Source: Lama glama
Taxonomy: Eukaryota
Assembly (NCBI GenBank): GCA_028534125.1
Contig: CM052816.1
Location: 45,448,001-45,512,000, forward strand
Length of the DNA stretch: 64,000 nucleotides
Direction of reading: 5' to 3'
In this document: piece after piece, positions 54,812 through 64,000 of the stretch
How the letters are laid out: each line of letters opens with the position of its first letter
How positions within the stretch are numbered: the first letter of the stretch is position 1
Made by a program: the position numbers and the translations under genes
The notes under the pieces: generated by a model
Told to the model about the DNA's origin: nothing
Database searches by the model: none
The model's input: the letters and a program-made list of their open reading frames with translations, nothing else

Positions 54812-55285
54812 CTGACTCTTTACTGGCACCGTGTCCACTTTATATCTGGTACCATCTTTGACCACCAGCTGCCGCTCTTCATTTTCAGTAACAACAGACT
54901 GCTCCTTACGATCAGATGATACTCGATATCCAACAGCCACATCTCCAAATGTTCCAGCAAGCCGGGTTATGTTAATTTGGATGAATCTACTAAGATTCTG
55001 TCCAATCAGTACTGACTGGTGATCTGCATACAGAGCAAATACCCCATGGGGGTCATCATTTGCAGAAACAGAGAACCGTGTGATGCATTTTTCTGGATCC
55101 AGTTCTGCTCCTCCCTTTACGGAAACAAGCTGGATCACATAAACTTCCTCTATCTCAGGCATGTCATCTGGGAGCAGAAGAACATCAAAGCGTGCCTCAC
55201 TTGCTCCATCAGCAATGGTGAAAAATCCTTTTGTAGAAAGAAAGTCTCCAGCAATATCAAACTCACTAGTTAATTTCCAGTAAAC
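54812..55285 (-). CDS. ADGRV1: ADGRV1 exon (~70), 474 nt: VYWKLTSEFDIAGDFLSTKG...ANDDPHGVF...VPVKSQ
   Basis: tattag|GTT acceptor, CAG|gtttgt donor; Calx-beta motifs (PDDMPEIEE, ANDDPHG). Confidence 0.95.
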
Positions 55286-56330
55286 CTAATAAAAGGGAAA
55301 AAAAATCCAACAAACTTATATAGTTCAGGATTTTTAATCAAAATCCTGTAAATCAGTTTTCCTCATTATCTCCAAAAAAATCCCTTAAGTGTGCATCATT
55401 ATATTCAAAGTCAAACTCTCCAAGCAGTTAATTTAGGAAGTATCCTAACTCTTCTGGGTTGTACGCAATTTGCAGAACAGGATTATGAAATCTCATTTCA
55501 CCTGCTTCTAAAACAATAACATAATTTGAAAAGATAAACAAGTTAACTTTAAAGTATCTGCTCTACAAATACATTCAATAGTGAACAATAGACAATATAT
55601 GAAGGTAAAAAGTGAGTAGATAATCTGATGTTCACATTGGAATTCATTTTTGTTTGTTTTTAATAAAAAGAGAATATCAAAGATTTCAGGAATTAAGAAT
55701 TTTCCTCCCTAAACCCCTTATTTTTCCAAGAATTTTTTCCTTCAAACCATAAAGTTTCAACCAAAGAAGTAACAATTAATCCTCAATATAGGAAAAGAGG
55801 CAAGTTTATAGAGAAATTGCACAAAAAATGTTTTGCTAGCAATCAGAAAACCTTGATCTGTTAGATAGATATCTTGATCTGCAAGAGAACCTCCCAAAGT
55901 TCTGTATCAATATACATGGAAATGCAACCCCTTAAAGCACAGCTGCTAAATAGAAAAATTCTATTGAGAAATATATTGACTATATTAAGCAATTTATAAA
56001 AACCAGGAACAAGCTTGTTAAGTAGGAAAAGCTTCAAATTATGGTAAACAAGAAATTATAAATATAGTTCAGTCATACTCTTCTTCATGATTAAGTGTGA
56101 GAAAGATCTTTTTCATCTAATTGTAACTGAATTTAGAAAGACAGCTAGAGCTTGGTGCTGGAGAGCCCAAAGGTGCTTAGATGAACCTGCTCAGTTTCTG
56201 TGAAAACTCATATGTCATTTCATTTTATCAAAACTTTAATTATCCAGAACACCCAACTTCCCTGTTCTTCTCAATCACAATTGTTAGGCAACTTATTTAC
56301 TCTACTTAAAAATGAAATGCAAAATGAGAC

Positions 56331-56480
56331 CATAATCTCTCCTGAAGTGCCCTTGACTCTTTTGACGAAGAAAGTAATGACCAGGGGCCCTTCCAGAGCT
56401 GACGGCTCCAAATAGGCCTCCTCAAATAAAGACTCAGGAGCAAACTGAACCACTCCATTTGGATCACCAAACTTTTGTAC
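56331..56480 (-). CDS. ADGRV1: ADGRV1 exon (~69), 150 nt: VQKFGDPNGVVQFAPE...VKRVKGTSGEIM
   Basis: ttctag|GTA acceptor, ATG|gtctca weak donor; joins in frame to VYW of the next exon. Confidence 0.92.
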
Positions 56481-56854
56481 CTAGAAACAGAAGCAGAGAG
56501 CAGAGTGAAAACATACAGAACAACTATGGAGGAAATCACAGTGTCCAATAACATCAATACGCAGATAAGCTGCAGAGACGAAAGAAACACAACAATGACA
56601 CTTAGATATAATCTACTTGGTTACCTGATTTTGAAAAGCCTTCTTTAATATACTGATTGTTATCTAAAACAAGGAGGTTCTCATTCCCCAAGGATAATTC
56701 GATTAAGCGTTCAGAAAACTACAACGTATAGAATTTCAAAAGGATAGTACTTCAATGCCTGAATTTAGCTTTATTCATCTAATATTTGCCTCAGTTAAGT
56801 TTAGCTAACCTCTGTCTACTGGTTACAATATAACATGGAGAGGGGCAAAGGCCC

Positions 56855-57310
56855 TGCAGTGGTCAGCCTGGCTAGGCTGCCGTGCCTAGTCGTCTGGTCA
56901 AACACTAGTCTAGATGTTGCTATAAAGGTGTCTTGTAGATGTGATTAATATTTACAACCCGTTGACTTGAAGTAAAGAAAACTATCCTTGATAATGTGGA
57001 TGGACTTCATTCAACCACTTGAAAGCCTTAAAAAGTAAACACTGAGGTTTCCCAGAGAAGAAGGAATTCCGCCTCAAAACTGCAATTTAGGAATTCTGCT
57101 TGAGTTTCCAGCCTGCTGGCCTGCCACAAAATTCAAACCCAAGACTGCAGCTTCAGCTCTTTCCTGACTTCCTGCCTGCAGATCGCTTTATGGATTTTGG
57201 ACTGGCCAGCCCCCACAATCTTGTGAGCCAATTCCTTAAAAACTCTTCCTCTTTCTCCATGTATATATTTCCTATTAGCTCCAGTGCTCTGGATACATCT
57301 GACTGACACA
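56855..57310 (+). mobile_element. Solo ERVL LTR (MLT2-like)
   Basis: TG...CA termini; GGTCAAACACTAGTCTAGATGTTGCT and GCCAGCCCCCACAATCTTGTGAGCCAATTCCTTAAA motifs; candidate 5-bp TSD ggccc/gaccc. Confidence 0.85.
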
Positions 57311-57834
57311 GACCCCAGACAAGAGTATTTCCCAAACTTAAAAAAAAAGTGCATCTTTTGGCCTTCTTTTTTCAGTAACCTTGGTCCCCAGCTACGTTCT
57401 GCTCCGACGCACTGGGTGGTTCATGACAAATACACTGAATTCAGATCTGTTCCACTTCATCATCTCACTAATGGAACAAGTACCATTCTTCCTTCCAACA
57501 ATCTGACTTGTGACTACTTGTTAACTTTTATGCATTTTAATGACAAAGATGTCCAATGATGTAACAAATGCCTCTTCTCTAAAAGTACTAAATATTCCCC
57601 AAACATCAAACTTTCTCAAAAAGTGTAAAGTAAGTATTTCTCACTCTATTAAAGCCTTTAAAATTTACTAATAATCAGGCTATGTAATAAACTAATATAA
57701 CAGCCAGAACATCTGACCCACAGGAATTATTATGACTTCATTTGGTTTTATAACTTTCAATTCATCATAAGTCTATACAGTTTCAACAAATATAAATGCA
57801 TTTTCTGAGAAATCCATTAAATTCAAAATATAAC

Positions 57835-58225
57835 ACAACAAAAAAAGCAGACTCACAGATACAGAGAACAAACTAGTGGTTACCAGTGGGGAGGGGCAAG
57901 GGGCAATGTAGAGGTGGGTGAGTGGAAGGTACAAACCACTGGGTGTAAGGCAGGCTCAAGGACATACTGCACAACATGGGAAATATAGCTAGTATTTTGT
58001 AATAGCTAAATGGTAAGTAACCAATTAAAACAGCACAAATTTTTTTAAGATTTAAATTTATGTAGAAATAAAAGGTCCCAAAATAGCAAAGGCACTAGAA
58101 GAACAGGTAGGAAGGACTTGCTCTCTCAACTACTAAGATATCGCTATACCCACAGCAATTAAGACACTTAATATTGTCACAAGAATTGGAAAACAGATCA
58201 AAAGAACTACAAGCCCAGAAAAAAA
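57835..58225 (+). mobile_element. L1 3'UTR fragment followed by an older L1 ORF2 remnant
   Basis: GACTCACAGATACAGAGAACAAACTAGTGGTTACCAGTGGGGAG... is typical L1 3'UTR; 58075-58220 resembles degraded ORF2. Confidence 0.75.
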
Positions 58226-58263
58226 ACCCCAAAATTTTATGGGAAAAACAAAGTCAGACTTAC

Positions 58264-58503
58264 TGTTAATGTAACATCTTTAGCTCTGGAGTCTAACTGA
58301 GCTTCTCCTTTCATGAGTTTAAGTTTAATAATGAAAGTCTTTTCAACTTCAATGTCGTCATGAGGATAGACCGTCAGAATGATGCTTCTCACTCCACCTT
58401 CCCCCTCTCCAAAATAGAAGGACCCGCTCACTGGGTCTGCAATGTCGCTATTCTGTGGTGGTAAGGCTTCCTGAGAATTGGGTCCAAATATCTCCCAGTT
58501 CAC
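58264..58503 (-). CDS. ADGRV1: ADGRV1 exon (~68), 240 nt: VNWEIFGPNSQEAL...DSRAKDVTLT
   Basis: gtgcag|GTG acceptor with purine-rich upstream sequence, ACA|gtaagt donor; phase 0 to 0. Confidence 0.95.
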
Positions 58504-58526
58504 CTGCACGGTGTTTGTTTTTCAAT

Positions 58527-58571
58527 AAAGATGATCCATTTTAAACAAAGATGATCAATTTTAAACAAAGA
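58527..58571. repeat. 20-bp tandem duplication just upstream of the exon ~68 acceptor
   Basis: AAAGATGATC(C/A)ATTTTAAAC x2 plus a partial copy. Confidence 0.9.
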
Positions 58572-59069
58572 ATTATTTAGCAGGATATGTAGTATTAAAA
58601 ACATACATACATACATGTGAAAACTACTCTAGAATTATTTCCAACAAATTTCTATGTTTTCAACTCATGTGTTTTAAAATGATATTTGCAAATATAAGCC
58701 ATTCCTATACAATATCCATTTTCATGAATAACAATGTCTAACAAGAAAAATCTGAATACCTGGTCATTTATATAAACTTAAAAAAAGAAGCATAAACTGT
58801 CTTGCTGGTGTACAGGTTCTGTCAAACAAAACCTATTTGAATCTGACAATAAAATCATGTGAAAACTTTGCTGGGTCTGCAACCTCTTCTAAATAGACTT
58901 ACATAAATTCCTAGAGTAAAAGGAACAATAATTTTCATAAATTGATACAAGCAGCAAAACCTTTATATTGTAATAAGTGCATTTTTTTAAGTTTCTGTGC
59001 TTTAAAATTGTATACTTTTTAGATCCATGAAGAAAGAAAACTGGGCACTTCTCTTTGCTTCTTTCATCT

Positions 59070-60085
59070 TTCATCAGCAGTGGACACAGCTGACCAGTTC
59101 TTTCTCTTGAAACACTGTGTCCTGTCTTCCTTGGCTTGATACTTATACACTACATACCTTCCTAGTTTTTATTCTTTACTTCTCAGTCTTCTTGACTGGC
59201 TCTCCTTCCTCAGACCTCTCAATGCTGGGAGCCCGGGGCTTGGTCACTAACCCTCACATCCCTGTCCATACTCCTTCGGCTGCAGAGTTTCAAATGCCTC
59301 CAGTGTGTCAACACCTTTTGAGTCTGTGTCTGCAGCTCTGAACTTCCACAACCCACACTCTACATCCCCCTGCCTCCGTGACCCTTCCCCTGAAGCGCCT
59401 AGTAGCCATCTTCAACTCCACCCCTGTCTGAGCCACCATCAGCTTTGTCCTGGGCCATAGAGGGCAAGAGCTTTCTAACTGTCCTCCCTGCTTCTATTCC
59501 AGCTTCCCGACAACCCATTTTTCTCACAGAAGTCGTAAGTGAGCTGACAAGCTGGTGACATTGACATCATTCCTCTGCTTAAAACTCTCTAATGGCATCT
59601 TATGTGCACCTAGACTCATCTTTCACCTGGCTCAGAAAGTTCTCCGTGATCACACACCTATTGGCTGTGACCTATGTTGGGCTGTTATCCCTTCACCTCC
59701 AACCTCCCACACTCCTGCACACAGACCTCTCCATACTTCAGACATGCCAGGTCTGCAGATCTGCACTAGTTAATCCTTCTGCCCAAATGCCAATCCCTCT
59801 AACAATTACAAGAGCACCTCTTTCTTACCATCCAGCTTTCAGCTGAAATATCACACCGTTACCATCAAATCAAGGGTTGCCATGAGGTCACTTTTGATTA
59901 TGTCTCCTGACTTTACATTCCAGCTAAACACTTAGTGTTATCAGATCAATTTCTCCTTATTTATTTGCTTATTGTTTGAAAACTCTATGAGGACAAAGAT
60001 GAAGTCTGTCTTGTTCACCAGTGTCTTCTCAGGGCCTAAAACAGGGTCCTGGCACATGGGAAGCACTTAACAAATATTTGTTTAC
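59070..60085 (+). mobile_element. L2 3' fragment
   Basis: GACACAGCTGACCA...TCTTGAAACACT, ending TCTTGTTCACC...CCTGGCACATGGGAAGCACTTAACAAATATTTG. Confidence 0.75.
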
Positions 60086-60322
60086 TTACCAGAATCCTTC
60101 ATTTAATTTTTAACTTGCTCTTAAGAGTTCCCTGAAGACAGCTGTATGCATTATACATTTTCATGTACTTATTAAGGTTTGGAAGCTACCTACACCTACT
60201 AGGTAATTAACAAATATTATTGGCTGTGAATAAATAAATGAATATATTTGAGGAATAAGAAAACCCAATACCATACTCAATCTATCAAATTATTTGTAAA
60301 GCCATGGGAAGAATAACTGTAC

Positions 60323-60542
60323 CTGAATCTCTCCCAAGAGTCCTCCAGTCCGCTCCAGCACCAAGGGTATAATCATTGTGGAACTGGGATTAGGAACAGA
60401 AATTTTGCTTTGATTGAGGAATCTTACTACACCAAAGGGAGAGTCACTCTTGGCAATCGTGATTCTGCACACTAGGTGGCGCCCAAGGATCGCTCCACCA
60501 GAAGCTCCAATGAGCAGAATTTCAATGGGCTCCTCAAATTCA
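60323..60542 (-). CDS. ADGRV1: ADGRV1 exon (~67), 220 nt: SEFEEPIEILLIGASGGAILG...ERTGGLLGEIQ
   Basis: atgcag|T acceptor, CAG|gtacag donor; phase 2 to 0. Confidence 0.95.
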
Positions 60543-61055
60543 CTGCATAGCAAGAAGGAGCAATTCTGTGAGTCTAAACATATTAAAATGCTTCTAAAAT
60601 CCAAATAACCATTCATTTTCCAAATTGGTCATACATATTCAAGGCACAGTAGTCACACATCCACTGGTAGGAAGAGGGTGCTTAGCTAAAGGTACAAATT
60701 CCGTATTATACATAACCTGAGATAGTTATCAGACTTTCTTCCCCTCTTTTTAATTGTTTAATGCATTAAAGGAAGTGATTTGCAGGATGCTTCCACATTC
60801 TGATTAGACTTTTCTAATCTAGGGGAACAAAGATTATTTCTTCCTCTATTTGAGAAAAAGTGACATTCAATCACAATGATCTCCCAGTCCCTTTTTCCCT
60901 ACTCCAGCACCCTCTAAAGTTTCTCACTTGTTTCTCAATGGGCACATGTGTAACCTAAAATTCTATTATCAGTGCAAAAGACAGGTAAGAACTGGAACAC
61001 AATATTCATGCTTTACACATGTCCACGTTATTTCCAATTATCACTAAAGAATTAC

Positions 61056-61257
61056 CTTTCATTGTCATCAATGATGGAAACATTTATAAAACTTAAGTTC
61101 TGCCCATGCTGAAAGGTGACTGAACTACCATGCAGCATATAATCGACACCACCAGGAACTGCAGAGGAGCTCTGAGAGATGAAATCGGTTGTCACAAGGC
61201 CGTACGTTCCATGAAGCCTCACCACTGGAACCATGACCATCCCAATATCTTCCTCCA
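61056..61257 (-). CDS. ADGRV1: ADGRV1 exon (~66), 202 nt: VEEDIGMVMVPVVRLHGTYG...INVSIIDDNE (Calx-beta)
   Basis: ttacag|TG acceptor, AAAG|gtaatt donor; phase 1 to 2. Confidence 0.95.
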
Positions 61258-62871
61258 CTGTAACAGGAATTCGGAATGTAAGTCGTATACCAGACAAACA
61301 ACTAAATTTTCATAAGGCTCAGTCAAATCAAAACTGACAACTAAATATAACGGTGTAATACAAGCACTCAATTTTTCCATAGTTCATTTATTGCTTTAAA
61401 AAACAATCAGTGAAAATTTCATGACATTTTTTACAAGAAATATAGTGTGTCACAAGTGGAAAGCTATAGTGAGCAGTGTAAGCTGGAATTTAAATCATTG
61501 ATTTAATCATTAACAGGCATTCTTCCTGTGTGCCACATACAAGTAAAGAACCCTTGCTTTTTAAGACAATGTTAGATGAACATAAAAAACACTTAAAAGT
61601 GTACTCAAAGGAAACCATTCTGGATTGTTTCTGCATATTTACTTGAAAAATAAGTAATATAAAAATTGAATTGTGTTATTTTTATCATATGAATGCTTTA
61701 AAAGTCCAGATACAAATATGATTCTATTACATTTTTGGTTTCTATAAAACCGACCTGTAAATCCAAAAAAAATCTTCAGTGTTTGATTCCACTTAAAAAT
61801 TCTATTCAAAAATTTGTTTCTTCTTAAGCCATGTTAACATCTGTATATTAAAATATCACGTAATTGAGTCTACACCAGCCAGAGCTAAATATTACCAAAC
61901 TTACAATGTAATTATAAATATGCATTGCCCCAAACCCTCCAAAGTTTTGGTGAATTAAACAGAAATCAATAAACAGAAAAAAAATCCAAGTCTCATTTTT
62001 TTTTCTTAGTGTAAAAACGCACTGAGAAAAAAATGCAGCCTGATTTTACTTGCTGTAGACTGAAATTCACAAAATGGTGATGTCTTCCATGACTTCACCC
62101 ATGAAATCAATATAAATCAGCTCCTAAAAGTGATCTCTGATGAAGTTTAAAAATGGGTAGAAAACCAAAGAATTTGACAGAGATAGTGAAGCTGAAAAAT
62201 TAACTGCAACAAGAAGATAACGTTTATTTTGAAACGTATATTCACACTCTGCCTTTGAATAAAATCAGACAGGCAGCCACCTCCTTCTACCCAGGAGGAA
62301 ATAGGAAGAAACACAGCCATATATTCTGCATTTTGCTTCTACAGGAGGGGAGAGTTGACAGTAGCAGGCAAGCTGCTATCAGGAACTGTTTCAAGAAAGC
62401 ACGATGAGGAGTCCAGATACTACCTGAACCTGCAGTCCAGTAAAATATTTATTTCAAAGGTGATTGTTCATTAGCACGGAAATATTCACTGACTTCTAAT
62501 CACAAAGGAAATTAGGCATTGCATAAATTAGAAATAAATTCATCAAATCATTTGAAATATAAGCATTTCAATAAAGTTAAGCAGAAGTTCGCCTATGTTT
62601 TTAATTGCCTCACTCCTAACCGTACAGTTTTGCCATACACAAGTGAGATTCAAGACTGCCCAATGGTACTCAAAATATATTTTAACAATAAACATATAAA
62701 TACGTGGAAAGTCTTCTATAAATACACATAAAGGTGTACATATGTGCATACACATGCACACATCCCAAACCAAGAAAAATCACGTATGGGAATGTACACT
62801 GACAACGTCGTGCTCAAGCACTCTCATGCAGAAACTGGTGGTAAATTTACGAATAAGGTTGTTGAGCCTAC

Positions 62872-63020
62872 CTTCAAAGTCAGTATACCTTGGATCAAAT
62901 TCAATGATTCCCTCTGCATTATCACTTTTCATTATTACAATTCGGACAATGGAGATGTCTCCTATTTCGGGAGGTTGATCTACCTGAAGTCCATTTTCCT
63001 GGATGGTAAAATCATACCCT
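62872..63020 (-). CDS. ADGRV1: ADGRV1 exon (~65), 149 nt: (R)GYDFTIQENGLQVDQPPEIGDISIVRIVIMKSDNAEGIIEFDPRYTDFE
   Basis: Acceptor ttgcaag|AGGG, donor GAAG|gtaggc; within ORF 62780..63070. The acceptor could alternatively lie 2 nt downstream because the upstream exon is outside the window. Confidence 0.9.
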
Positions 63021-64000
63021 CTTGCAAAGTCATAAAGAATAAAATAAAAAATAAAATAAATTGAGTACATAATTGCTTGGCATGAATCAGAGAAGGGTCC
63101 TATTAGTTCTTATGATTTAGTTCTATTAGGCTTCTTAATCCTTTTCAAGATCCCAATACTAAAAATTTTTTTTCCTGAAATGATGTTTGAAATAGGTTTC
63201 TGGGCTGCTCCCAATTATCACTGCCTTCATAAAACCAAAATTAATATAGAGTTATGGAGCGCAGGCAATGTGAAGATAATAAAACTATTGGGAAACTGGG
63301 AAAAAGTCGTAAAATGAACTCTGAACACATCCTACAGTAACGGTCAAGGAAGGGGCTACACAGTGAACTGCAGTGCACCCAGGGATGGAAACCAGCCGGG
63401 CGGGAGACTGCCAGTGCTAGGTTGAGAGGGTTACTTAATTTTTTATTTTTTTATTTTTTATGGAAGAGAAAGTTACTTTAAAGATACCATGAGCGCGAAG
63501 TCACTACAGAAATTTCAAACAAAACCGTCAAGATTCAAGAAAATATTTCAGTTTCTGTGGACAATTAAATCAATGCCTCTATTCTTTAAATACAGATGGT
63601 AGTTTACTCATCTAGCAATATATTTCTGCTAAGAAAGACTTTTTAAGGTTGATATTCTTTCCATCAAAGAGAAGTTTGACTTCCAGGGTTTATACTGCTG
63701 TAATCTCTCAGGCTAAAAAAATGGCACTGAACCATTTTAGCCCTTCCTTCAATTCCCAAATTCTATTTACCTAGTATTTTTACCCTACATAGTTTCAACA
63801 GGTTGAAAGCTGGTTAATGAGATTATATAGAAGGCAAAATTAGAAAACTGAGGATTAAAATATTAAATGATAAGAGGAACTGTTATCAGTAGCCTGAGAT
63901 GGACGTAGTTTAGCTGCTTACTACAACTTAATACCAAAGCAGTATATTGTCTAGCAACTAGGCAAAATGGGTTTATAGCACTTTCCTTTTCAGATCAAAG

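Overview
AT-rich mammalian genomic DNA, probably from a camelid (inferred from a tRNA-derived SINE resembling camelid Vic-1). The whole window lies inside ADGRV1 (VLGR1/GPR98, the Usher 2C adhesion GPCR), transcribed on the minus strand. I reconstructed 19 consecutive GT-AG coding exons from 63020 down to 11186. They total 4759 nt, have compatible phases and contain no in-frame stop. They encode the last Calx-beta repeats, a Ser/Thr/Pro-rich linker, the GAIN/GPS region, TM1 and the start of TM2. Exon numbers (about 65-83) come from my recollection of the human gene and need checking. Positions 1-11185 are part of the next long intron. Introns carry ordinary repeats (L1, L2, MIR, MLT LTRs, MER DNA transposons, microsatellites) and a 3'-truncated U6 retrocopy with target-site duplications. 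I see no new multi-gene system. The most notable observation is that the GPS autoproteolysis site reads CACS-Y-M-S rather than the canonical H-M/L-S/T. Repeat boundaries and family names are by-eye approximations.
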